This document shows positions 12,405 through 22,834 of a stretch of DNA of 41,536 bases, piece by piece. Position 1 is the stretch's first letter. Every line of letters begins with the position of its first letter. Under the pieces are notes generated by a model. That model had not been told where the DNA came from. It saw only the letters and a program-made list of their open reading frames with translations, and did no database searches. The position numbers were made by a program, and so were the translations under genes. This stretch comes from Chiloscyllium plagiosum. Lineage: Eukaryota. Location: NCBI RefSeq assembly GCF_004010195.1, contig NC_057753.1, positions 10,458,351-10,499,886 on the forward strand, written 5' to 3'.

Positions 12405-12776
12405 CTCTGGACCAGATGGGCCAATGGGCTGAGAAGAGGCAAATGGAATTTAATTCACGTAAATGCGAGGTGCTGCATTTTGGGAAAGCAAATCTTAGCA
12501 GGACTTAATGGTAAGATCTGAGGGAGGGTTGCTGAACAAAGAGACCTTGGAGTGCAGGTTCATAGCTCTTTGAAAGTGAAGTAGCAGATAGGTAGGATCG
12601 TGAAGGCAGCATTTGGTATGCTTTCCTTTATTGGTCAGAGTATTGAGTACAGGAGTCGAGAGGTCATGTTGCGGCTGTACAGGACATTAGTTAGGCCACT
12701 GTTGGAATATTGCACGCAATTCTGGTCTCCTTGCTATCGCAAACATGTTGTGAAACTTGAAAGGGTTCAGAAAAGA
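12405..12776 (+). mobile_element. CR1 LINE ORF2 fragment
   Basis: ORF 12600-12788: [19 protein letters not shown]...LERVQKR. Confidence 0.9.
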
Positions 12777-13027
12777 TGTTCTTCGTAGGATATGTGGAAC
12801 AATCCATCTTCCGCAACTACACTGGCCCCACCCCCCACCTTTTCCTCCGCTACATCGATGACTGTATCGGCGCCGCCTCGTGCTCCCACGAGGAAGTTGA
12901 ACAGTTCATCCACTTCAACACCTTCCATCCCGACCTCAACTTCACCTGGACAGTCTCAGATTCCTCCCTCCCCTTCCTCGACCTTTCTATTTCCATCTCA
13001 GGCGACCGAATCAACACGGACATCTAC
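12777..13027 (+). mobile_element. Penelope-like element reverse transcriptase fragment
   Basis: FVGYVEQSIF...FLRYIDDCIG...FHPDLNFT...LPFLDLSI...TDIY: RYIDD and LPFLD motifs of PLE RT. Confidence 0.92.
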
Positions 13028-13678
13028 GTCACCCCTCAGACTCTGGCACGATGGAGAAACAGTCCCACCCTGTCCTTCCGTCTCTCCTCACCCCACCCAG
13101 GTAATTAAGACACATACCTGAGTTCGCAAAGTCTGCCCCCTCCCTGGATTCACTCCAGTTGCTACAAGTGAGCCTGCTCCGTCATTCATTAAGATCATGG
13201 CTGATCTATCCATCGTCTCAGCTCCTCCTCCTTGTATTGCCGCAAGTAATCCCTTAATTCCCCTACCATGCAAAAACCCATCCAACTGTGTCTTGAATAT
13301 ACTTAATGAAGCTGCCTCTACTGCTTCCTTGGGCAGAGAATTCCATAGATTCACTGCTCTCTGGGAAAAGCAGTTCCACCTTATCTCTGCCCAAAAGCTA
13401 CTCCCCCTAACATTGAGGCCCAGTCTCACCAGCAGAAATGACTGGATAGGGTAGGACTTCATCCCCACAGTGCAATGACGTTGGGAAGATGTTTCCATTG
13501 GTAGGGGAGACTAGGACCAGAGGGCACAACTTTAAGAGTAATGGGGAGATCTTTAGGAATAGAGATAAGCGATGTCGCCTTTTCTGCCAACAGCAAGGAG
13601 CAGGCGCAATGTTTTGATGACATCAGCAACCATGCGTGCTGCTTGTTCACACCGAGAGGCAGACACAATATGCTCTGT

Positions 13679-13866
13679 TGAAAAGTGTGGTGCTGGAAAA
13701 ACAGCAGGCCAGGTAGCATCCGAGGAGCAGGAGAATCTTCAGAAGGGCTTATGCCCGAAATGTTGATTCTTCTGCTCCTCGGATGCTGCCTGGCCTGCTG
13801 TGTTTTTCCAGCACCACATTTTTTAACTCTGGTACTCCAGCATCTGCAGTCCTCACTTTCTCCTCC
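13679..13866. mobile_element. Family-B Penelope-derived fold-back element
   Basis: Arms 13681-13737 and 13765-13823 are reverse complements; loop holds agggcttatgcccgaaa (hammerhead stem II + GAAA). Confidence 0.85.
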
Positions 13867-13872
13867 ACATAT

Positions 13873-14199
13873 GGGCGGCACGGTGGCACAGTGGTTAGCA
13901 CTGTTGCCTCGCAGCGCCGGAGACCCGGGTTCAATTCCCGCCTCAGGCGACTGACTGTGTGGAGTTTGCACGTTCTCCCCGTGTCTGCGTGGGTTTCCTC
14001 CGGGTGCTCCGGTTTCCTCCCACAGTCCAAAGATGTGCAGGGCCAGGTGAATTGGCCATGCTAAATTGCCTGTAGTGTTAGGTAAGGGGTAAATGTAGGG
14101 GTAGGGGTATGGGTGGGTTCGCTTCGGCGGGTCGGCGTGGACTTGTTGGGCCGAAGGGCCTGTTTCCACACTGTAATGTAATCTAATCTAAAAAAAAAA
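13873..14199 (+). mobile_element. HE1-type V-SINE, full length
   Basis: tRNA-like head, V-domain, (AATCT)n + poly(A); atatg on both sides. Confidence 0.95.
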
Positions 14200-14402
14200 A
14201 TATGTTCTGTGGAAAGCTGGTGTTTTTAACTGATTTTAAGTGTCCAAATGCAATAGGAGAAACAAAAGGGTAGAACAACAATCCACACTGTAATGTAATC
14301 TAATCTAAAAAATAAAAAAAAATATGTTCTGTGGCAAGCTGGTGTTTTTAACTGATTTTAAGTGTCCAAATGCAATAGGAGAAACAAAAGGGTAGAACAA
14401 CA
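14165..14402. repeat. ~117-bp near-exact tandem duplication
   Basis: 14165-14281 repeated from 14282; differs in poly(A) tract and one base. Confidence 0.9.
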
Positions 14403-14479
14403 ATATATTTTCCCCATGTGGCTCGACATTTTATTGCTTTTGCATTTTGTCAGGCTGCTCAACTTTATGTCTTTTCCCC

Positions 14480-14727
14480 AGTGTAGGGGTGAAGTTCAGA
14501 ACTAGAGGGCATAGGTTTGGGGGGGGGGGGGGGTGAGTGTATGGAATGAGCTGCCAGAGGAAGTGGAGGAGGCTGGTACAGTTATAGCCTTTAAAAGGCA
14601 TCTGGATGGGTATATGAATAGGAAGGGTTTAGAGGGAGATGAGCCAAGTGCTGACAAATGCGACTTAATTAATTTAGGATATCTGGTTGGACCAAAGGGT
14701 CTGTTTCCATGCTGTACATCTGTGAGT
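14480..14727 (+). mobile_element. CR1 LINE 3' fragment
   Basis: VWNELPEEVEEAGTVIAFKRHLDGYM and CR1 3' UTR. Confidence 0.9.
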
Positions 14728-14999
14728 CTAAATAATAAAAAGTATACTTTGACAAATAACAAACTATATCCATGTTAACAAGGCTTAGTACACCACATTT
14801 TCAGCAGGTCCTGCCCCTTCAGTGACTGAGGAACATATCTCCTGGTGCATAATCTCCTTCACTAGTATTTACACACTCGCCTCAGCAATTGCACAAGTAA
14901 CAGCAAGAGTAAAAAAAACAAGGTTTTTTTTTAGATAAGAGTGAGGGTAAAAAGCACAAGCCCCAGTAAAAGCAGATGGAAAGTGAGTGTAAAATGTCA

Positions 15000-15500
15000 C
15001 TATGACAGGACGGGCCCCACATTCCTTCCCCTCCGTTCCCCCCCCCAACCTGCCTCACCTTTCACCTCCCGGGCCCAGTACCTTCCAGGTGGCCCCATAG
15101 TTGACACAGGGGCCGCCCCACGACCAGTAGAACTCCACCACCCAGGCGGCCGACGAGTTCCCAAGCAGGCCCTTAACCCCATCCGCCTCCAGAATGCTCA
15201 CCGGCTCCTGCCTGCTGTACAGCCGGCCGGTGTGGCCGTGACACAGCAGCTGCGCCAGGAAGGCGGCGGTGCCCAGTGACGGGTGTCTGCCCCGGGCCGC
15301 ACGGCGCCATTTTCCTAATGGCCGCCGCTTCCCCGCTCGAGCGACTTGTCCTCCCAACCGCCTTCGCCCCCGCGTGACATCAGCTCGGGGTTGGCGGGGC
15401 CGGGGGAGCCTCACCGTCACCAAGCAACAGCCACCTCGCGCTACAACTGCTCATTCACAAAAACAAACTCTCCTGTCTCGCTCTGCAGCTGCAGGGGGGA
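15000..15500. promoter_or_regulatory. CpG island around the QSOX-like exon, with YY1-type motif
   Basis: Visibly GC- and CpG-rich against the flanks; cgccatttt at 15305-15313 overlaps the ATG. Confidence 0.65.
15059..15310 (-). pseudogene. QSOX2: Sulfhydryl oxidase QSOX (QSOX2-like) exon 1, apparently disabled
   Basis: RLYSRQEPVSILEADGVKGLLGNSSAAWVVEFYWSWGGPCVNYGATWKVL-AREVK matches the QSOX thioredoxin-1 N-terminus; signal-like LGTAAFLAQLL; donor AAAG|GTGAGG at 15058; ATG at 15310 is out of frame; CGHC reads GGPC. QSOX1 vs QSOX2 is tentative. Confidence 0.75.
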
Positions 15501-16169
15501 CACTGCCACGTTTCGAGGAGCCCTGTCCACATTGTGAAAGCTTATGGCTCAATTTAAACAGATATTCCAACATTATAACAAAGCATCGTCAAATCTAAAG
15601 GGGGAAATGTGCATTTTAAAGGGACGTGGATATTTTAACGGGCTACTGCTGCAAATAAAGAATTTAAATGAAGACGATTATATTTCAAAGGGGTGTGGAC
15701 ACATTCAGAGGGATATCTCAATATGCAAAGTGATGCAGTCTTATCTAAATGAATCTACAATTCAAAGAAACGTTGCCCTATTTATTAGCAGAAATATCCC
15801 TTTAAGAGACAATAGGTGTGAACTCCATGCCCCAATGTTGAACCAAACAGACATTTTCTTAGAAAAGCTCTGTGTTTAAATTACATTCTTGAGAAGGTAA
15901 TTTATGGATATGTGTGTGGGTTAAAGTAGATTGGCCGTACTAAATTACCCATAGTACCCAGGGATGTGTAGGTTAGGATGGGTTAGCCATGGGAAATACG
16001 GAGTAAGGAGCTGGTGGGATGGTCTTTGGAGAGCCAGTGTGGAAAAGATGGGCTGAAGCTACCACATTGTTGGCATTCTATGATACCCCCCACAAAGAAG
16101 CATTTTATCTGCATCTATCCTGTCAGGCCCCTCTCAGAATTCTACTAATTTCAAAAGGTCACTTCTGGT

Positions 16170-16930
16170 TCATAGAGGTATACAATACAGTAACAGACTC
16201 TTCGGTCCAACTCATCCGTGCAGACCAGGATTCCCAAACTAAACTAGTCCCACTTGCCTGCATTTGGCCAATATCCCTCTTAAACCTTTCTATTCATGTA
16301 CTCATCCAAATGTCTTTAAACCTTGTAACTATATCTACATCTGCATCTACCACTTCCTCATCAAATTCATTCCACACGCAAACCATCCTCTTGTCAAAAC
16401 GTTGCCGCTCAGGTTCCTTTTAAATCTCTCCTCTCACCTTAAAAAAAAAAAGCCCCTAGTTTCGAGCTCTGCTACGCTAAGGAAGAGCCCTTTGCTATTC
16501 ACCTTACCTCCATTCCTCATGATTTTATAAATCTCAATGAGGTCACCCTCCTGTGCTCCATTGTAAAATGTCCCAGCCTCTCCTTCCAACTCAAACCCTC
16601 CGGTCCTGGCAACGTCCTTGTAAATATTTACCGAACTCTCTCTAATAGAATTCTTCCTATTACAGGGCCACCAGAACCATACTCAGTACCTGGAAAGTGG
16701 CTTCACCAACATCCTGTACAATCTTAACATGATGTCCCAACTCCTATACTCAATGGTGTGAACAATGAAGGCAAATGGTGCTAAGTGCCTTCTTAAGCAC
16801 CATGTTAACCAGTGATGCAATTTTCAAAGAACTATGTACCTGAACACATCCCCCATGCCTCTCTGTTTTGCAATATGACCCAAGACCCATTTACTGTACA
16901 AGTCCTGCCCTTCCTTCCTTTTAACAAAAC
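16170..16930 (-). mobile_element. CR1 LINE 3' fragment
   Basis: rc tail 'catagaggtataca' and typical CR1 3' region. Confidence 0.8.
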
Positions 16931-17009
16931 GCAACCCCTTGCTTTTATTCATACCTCTCTCAGACACACGCTCTCTCTTAGACACCCCCCCCAATACTCT
17001 AACAGGCTT

Positions 17010-17650
17010 ATACTCCATCACACTCAATTTACCAAGCATGCACACAATCTTATGTGCACTCTCACGCACAAACTCACGTGCACACAACCACACTCTCTCA
17101 TGTACGCGCACAAACGTAACTCTATGGAGAGAATTTGTATTGGCAGAATTATATTTGCAGATACTTTCAATTTTGCTCAAAAAGGGCACAATCTGCAGGC
17201 AGTCAATCCATGTACTACTTCATAAATTCCTACTTTGGAAATAAAACTAGTCTGATTCATGATTGGGATACTGACAGACTCGAACCTCACACCTTACATG
17301 CATTGTCTGAGATGAGATGTCATTTTTTTTATATAAAACTTTAAGTCATCTCGAGAATACGACTTATAAGGTGTTCTAGGACTTACATGTTAATGAACCG
17401 AAATCTGCAACCCACTCTAAAAGATAAAAAACTTAACAGCAATCTAGGTTTGTTCAATATATCTTCTCAGTTGCATGACACCGTGATCTTTTGTGATAAA
17501 ATCTGTGTCTTATGATCCTGCTCCACAGCTACCCGATGAAGGAGCAGCACTCCGAAAGTTAGTGCTTCCAAATAAACCTACTGGACTATAACCTGGTGTT
17601 GTGTGATTCTTAACTTTATCCACCCCAGTCCAATATCAGCGCCTCCACAT
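17010..17650 (+). mobile_element. Penelope-derived family-A element with degenerate hammerhead
   Basis: Homologous to rc of 5729-6240; tacCCGATGAaggagcagcactccGAAAgttagtg at 17530-17564. Confidence 0.7.
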
Positions 17651-17860
17651 GGTTTCTAGTGAACACAGCCCACACCTCCTGGTGCTGCCACTACACTTTA
17701 CAATGCCAATGAAACGACGCACTCTGCATTCCTGAAAACTTTACTATTTCTAACGGTACTAGCTACTCCTTCTGATACACGACATTGGAAACTTAGTGCA
17801 GGAGGCTGAAAGAAATGAGCAGCTTTAAAACAAAATCCTCTTGGAGCTCAAAGCCTTTAA

Positions 17861-18030
17861 TGAGAGTCTGAGCCCAGTGGTAAGTTCAGGTAACCTTTAT
17901 TGTGACCCAACTTTGTTACAGCTTCAGATGCCCCTACAAAAAGTCATAGAAAAAGTAGCTGCTTTTTATACAGCTCAAGGTTAAAGCGCGCACACTACCC
18001 CACACACACACCCACCTCACATTCTTTACT
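17861..18030 (-). mobile_element. Possible solo-LTR fragment
   Basis: On the minus strand TATAAAAAG (17962-17970) is followed ~60 nt later by AATAAA (17896-17901), and the segment ends in ...ctctCA. Confidence 0.4.
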
Positions 18031-18074
18031 ACTGGTGACCGAGTTGCCCCTTTGTAATTGGATCCACATCCCCA

Positions 18075-18218
18075 GTGAAAATAGTTTCACAGTTAGATTC
18101 TAACTCCAGATTTCTAACCAAATTCCAATTCCGCCATCTGCCGTGTTGGGATTCAAACCCAGGAATCCCCAGAACTAGGTGGATAGTCCAGTTCATAATG
18201 GCACTCAGCCGTTGCTCC
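18075..18218 (-). mobile_element. Old tRNA-derived SINE head (SacSINE/DeuSINE-like)
   Basis: rc 'gggtttgaatcccaacacggcagatggcggaattggaattt...aaatctggag': B box plus characteristic downstream sequence. Confidence 0.6.
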
Positions 18219-18294
18219 TTCAATTCCTTGCGATGGCACATGAACTCGCTGGTGGCAGGCGCGGGTGAAGCCCTTCCTGCATTGAGAGCAGAAT

Positions 18295-18990
18295 TATGAC
18301 CTCTCCCCGGTGCGGACCCACCGATGGGTCAGCAGGTTGAAGGAGTTGCTGAAGGCCTTCCCGCAGTCGGCACAGGGCAATGGCCTCTCCCCGTGTGGAC
18401 CCGCCGGTGTCTCAGCAGGGTGGAGGAATTGCTGAAGACCTTCTCGCATATGACACAGCTGAAGGGCCACTCCTTGGTGTCAGCAGGTTGGAGGAATTGA
18501 TGAAGGCCTTCCCACACTCTGGGCAGGAGAACGGCCTCTCCCCGGTGTGGACCCTCTGGTGGGTCAGCAGGTCGGAGGAATTGCTGAAGGCCTTCCGACA
18601 CTTGGGGCAGCTGAAGGGCCTATCCCCCATGTGGACCCGCTGGTGCTTCTGCAGGTCAGTGGAATTGCTGAAGCCCTTCCCGCACTTGGGGCAGCTGAAG
18701 GGCCTCTCCCCCGTGTGTATCCGCTGGTGGGTCAGCATGGTGGAGGCCTGGGTAAAACACTTCCTGCATTCGGTGCAGCTGAAGGGCCTGTCCCCCGCGT
18801 GGATCCGCCGGTGGGTCAGCATGGCAGATGAACAGCTGAAGTCCTTCCCGCAGACAGGGCAGGAGAACGGCCTCTCTCCGGTGTGGCTGTGCCGATGAGT
18901 CTCCAAGGCAGATGGGGCATAAAAGCTTTTCCCACAGTTGCCACACTTCCATGGTTTCTCCACAGGGCGGGATTCCTTGGGTTGCTCCAT
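18295..18990 (-). pseudogene. Tandem C2H2 zinc-finger gene, frameshifted (5 intact fingers, then 3 disrupted or out-of-frame fingers)
   Basis: MEQPKESRPVEKPWKCGNCGK... with TGERP-type linkers; ~16-bp deletion in finger 6 near 18478; 1-bp deletion near 18390; current frame stops at 18412; no KRAB/SCAN domain seen. Confidence 0.9.
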
Positions 18991-19232
18991 GGCCGAAGAT
19001 TCAGCTGCACACAAACACGTATACATGCCCTCCCTGCTGTGAATTCCTCTTTCCAGGCTGTATAGTTGTTATGCTCTCCACAGTCAGTGTGCTGCAACAG
19101 TAGGGTCTCTCATCCAGACCCACTGATGCTGAAAACGTACTCAAACTGGAACCAAAAAGCTTTGCTCCTTCTCACAGAGTCATAGTCGAAAATTGTTGCG
19201 GTCCCAATGGATTCAGTGACTGTCAGACATTG

Positions 19233-19360
19233 ACTGCAAAGTGAGGACTGCAGACACTGGAGAGTCAGTGTCGAAAGGTATGGTGCTGGAAAAGTACAGC
19301 AGGTCAGGCAGCATCCAACGAGCAGGAAAGTCAACGTTTCGGGCATAAGCCCTTCATCTG
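19233..19360 (-). mobile_element. Family-B Penelope-derived element inside the ZNF 5' UTR
   Basis: rc cagatga-a-gggc(ttat)gccc-gaaac-gtt followed by the family-B tail. Confidence 0.8.
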
Positions 19361-19398
19361 TTCATTTTGAGATTTCTGTCTTCAGATCTTAAAATATT

Positions 19399-20414
19399 CT
19401 GCAAAAAGAGATTTCAAAAGTCATCACTGTCAGTCCAGGGTAGAAATTCAGAACAAGCAATTCTACTTTCTGCAGAACACTGTTTTCTTTTGTTATTCCA
19501 CAAAATTGAAAGCACTCTCTCCCCCTCTGTTCTCATTCCTCTGTAACTAATTCTCCTGAAGGTGCTGATTCAGGATCTTAAGGGGCAGAAAAGTAAAAAC
19601 ATCAAGACTGACGTCTCTCTGCATTTTGAGTAACTCCACCTGAAAGTTAATGTCTTTCACAACACTGGGCTACTGCTGAGAGTGAGCAGGCCTGATCTTG
19701 GGAAGCAAAAAACAAAGTATGGCAATTCAGGGTGAACCTGCAATTCAGCGTCTTGAGGAACAACCAGACATGAAAGGGTTAACATCCCCAGGAATGTGGG
19801 AGCAAAATGAAACTTCAAGGCATTAACACCGACACACTCCAGTTAAAACATTCTTGAAATCTGCTCTGACAGTCCAGTCTTCACAACCACAGTTCTGCGT
19901 TCATCGAAACAGACCCTTTGGCCCAACTTGTTGCATGCTGACCAGATATCCTATGGCGAATATCACATTCGCCATTACTTGGCTCCTATATGGGCCATGT
20001 GCTGGCAGGTGGGACTACATTAGGTTGGCTATCTGGTCAGCGTGGATGAGTTGGACCGAAGGGTCTGTTTTTGTGCTGTACGTCTCGATGTATTCATACG
20101 CCCATCCAGACGCCTTTTAACTGTTGTAATTGTACCAGCCTCCACCACTTCCTTGGCAGCTGATTCTATACACACACCACACTCTCTGTGAAAAGGTTGC
20201 CACTGAGGTCTCTTTTACATCTCATCCTACCCTCACCCTAAACCTATTCCCCTTGAGTTCTGGACTCAAAGAAAAAACCTTGTTTCTTGACCATATCCAT
20301 GACCCTCAATTTTATAAAAGTCTATAATGTCACCCCTCAGTCTCTAGCGTGCTGGGAAAAATAGCCCCATCCCATCCTTCCGTTCCTCCTCCATCGGGTG
20401 ATTAAGACACATAC
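19399..20414 (-). other. Predicted intron 1 of the ZNF gene (1016 bp)
   Basis: Donor GAG|GTATGT at 20414; acceptor tttgaaatctctttttgcAG at 19399 with upstream ctgac branch-like motif. Confidence 0.6.
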
Positions 20415-20680
20415 CTCAGTTTGCAGAGTCTGCTCCCTCCCTGGATTCACTTCACTTGCTACAAGTGAACAGATTGCCCCCACTCCCCGTCTCAGGATGA
20501 AGAGTTGCCCAGAGAGAGGCAGTTCACTCAAACTGGTAGGGCCACTTCCGCGTTGTGATGCCATCAATGGGTCAGGGGTCGGGCAGGGAATGGAAGACGG
20601 GGCGGGGTGAGATCCGGGCTACACCTACAGCAGGACCCCACACTGCGTATGCTATGGCCGGCCAGCTCGCCCGCACAGCC
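20415..20680 (-). promoter_or_regulatory. ZNF non-coding exon 1 and proximal promoter
   Basis: ETS cacttccg near 20544, GC box ggggcgggg near 20600; the CRE of the 5364 copy reads tgatgcca here. Confidence 0.6.
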
Positions 20681-20894
20681 CTGTCCAGTTTGCAGATATC
20701 CCTTCCGTTTAGAGCATCTACACAGTGTGGAAGCAGGCCACTCGGCCCAACCAGCTACACCGACCCTCCGAAGAGTAACCCACCCACAACAATTGCCTAC
20801 CCCTACTCTACATTTACCCCGAGCACTACACCTAACCTGCATATCCCTAGGTACTATGAATAATTTAGCATAGCAAATTCCCCCTAACCTAGAC

Positions 20895-21150
20895 AAAGTT
20901 AAAAATCACACAACACCAGGTTTGGGTCCAACAGTTTTATTTAGAAGCACTAGCTTTTGGAGTGCTGCTCCTTCAATAGGTGGTTGCAGAGAATAAGATC
21001 AAAAGACACAGAATTTATGGAAAAACATTGCAGTGTCCTGCCACTGAAATGATACATTGAACAAACCTGGATCGTTAAGACTTTAATCTTTTCGAATGGG
21101 TTGCAGGTATCATTAATATGTAAATCTCAGAACTTCCTGTAAGGCGTCTT
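20895..21150 (-). mobile_element. Family-A Penelope-derived end (single arm)
   Basis: Orthologous to the left arm 5729-6050; degenerate hammerhead at 20948-20982. Confidence 0.75.
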
Positions 21151-21347
21151 CTCAAACACATTCACTCCCGTGGACTTATGCGTGTGCGAGTGCATGAGAG
21201 AAAGAAAATGTCTTTATCCATCCAGTATATTTCTATACCTATTTGAGAACAGATACCTTATTTCTGTTGGTGTGAATATTGTTGTAAATCGTAGCTGGGT
21301 ACTAATAGTTAAATGTAAGGGAGAGAGAATTCCTAAAGTATTATTGT

Positions 21348-21591
21348 GGGCGGTACAGTGGTTAGCACTGCTGCCTCACAGTGCCAGCGACCCGGGTTCA
21401 ATTCCCACCTCAGGCCACTGTCTGTGTGCTGTTTGCACATTTTTCGGTTTCCTCCCACAGTCCAAAAATGTGCAGGTGAGGTGGATTGTCCGTAGTGTTA
21501 GGTGAAGGGGTAAATGTAGGGGAATGGGTCTGGGTGGATTGCTCTTCCGCGGGTCGGTGTGGACTTGTTGGGCCGAAGTAATCTAATCTAA
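21348..21591 (+). mobile_element. HE1-type V-SINE with internal deletions
   Basis: A/B boxes, partial V-domain, aatctaatctaa tail; absent from the paralogous site near 6925. Confidence 0.88.
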
Positions 21592-22324
21592 TGAGACCTC
21601 CATTTCTGGTTTACTTCCGAATGAATAAACACTGGCACCTATTTAGTTAGAATGTTGTTTCATTTTTCTCGTTTGATTCCCTGCTATGAGTACACTCTGT
21701 GTCTGGATGATTGACAGGCTGGGAGATTGTGGGTTGGGGCTTGATTGACTGAATGTTTTTATTGTTCCCAAAGGTGTCAAAGGAAGGGGGTGGGGGGGGG
21801 GGGGGGTGAAGAGCTTCAGCAGAAATCCAGCAGAGTTGAGAACAGACCGACATCATATTCTGTGGGAATTGGGAGATCAACAGGGGACAGAGAAACCAGG
21901 ACCTGAAATCCGAACTAACACCAGACTACTCTGTGATTTGTGCTTTGATTAGCAGTGTCAACCCTCTGCCTTTCCCATTTGACTACGTCCTTGATATTCA
22001 GGATCCAACCTTCTCATCCTGAAGCTATATCGCTTAAGGAGTTTCAGATCATATTTATTCTCTTCAATGTGTGCGGTTAATTCATTCACTTTTGTTACAA
22101 TGTACACCATTTTTAGTTGCAATTTTTGCGATCTTTCGAATCCAGCTTTGATTGCTGGTATATTTACTCTCCTTGTCCCTTTCTATCATTCTCTGATGTT
22201 TATTTTCCATATCACTACATTGCTCACCAGCCTTGATTTGGATTGACCATGCTAAATTCCCCCCAATGTTGAGGGATGTTCGGGTTAGGTGGGTTAGCTG
22301 TGGGGAATGCAGGGTTATAGTTTC

Positions 22325-22610
22325 ATAGTAACAGAAGCAGGAGTAGGCCATTTGGTCCATCAAGCCTAATCCACTATTCATTAAGATCATGGCTGAGATA
22401 TCCTTTGTCTCAGCTCCTCCTCCCTGCATTATCGCAACGGCCCTTAATACCCCGATCATGCAAAAACCCATCCAATGTGTCTTGAATATATTTAATGAAG
22501 CTGCCTCTACTGCTTCTTTGGGCACAGAATTCCATAGATTCACTAACCTCTGGGAAAAGCAGTTTTTCCTCATCTCTGTCCTAAATCTACTCCCCCTAAT
22601 CTTACGCCTC
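22325..22610 (-). mobile_element. CR1 LINE 3' fragment
   Basis: ORF 22082-22678 contains FRTEMRKNCFSQRLVNLWNSVPKEAVEA. Confidence 0.85.
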
Positions 22611-22834
22611 ATCTCATCCACCAGCAGAAATGACTGGATAGGGTAGGGTTTCAGCCCCACAGTGCAATGAGTTCCCACTTTCCACCAAAATCTCAGATGT
22701 ACTCATTCAGTTACTGTCTCACAAATCAAAGAATTCATTGTGACTTCTTCTGCTCCCAGTAAGGGCGAGACATCTTTGAAAGCTGCTCTGAAAGCCAAGC
22801 CTTCACGACACTTCTGTTTTCATTGAAGATGATT

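Larger units (their letters stand above)
11810..13535. repeat. Recent direct duplication (11810-12395 / 13027-13535) of ZNF exon-1 module plus CR1 pieces
   Basis: High identity by eye; both carry the minus-strand donor CAG|GTATGT (11896, 13117). Confidence 0.9.

Noticed and set aside
13459..14169. 236-aa minus-strand ORF
   Set aside because: It is the antisense of an HE1 SINE plus a Penelope fold-back; the same peptide arises at other SINE copies
18380..18898. 172-aa plus-strand repetitive ORF
   Set aside because: Antisense shadow of the zinc-finger array
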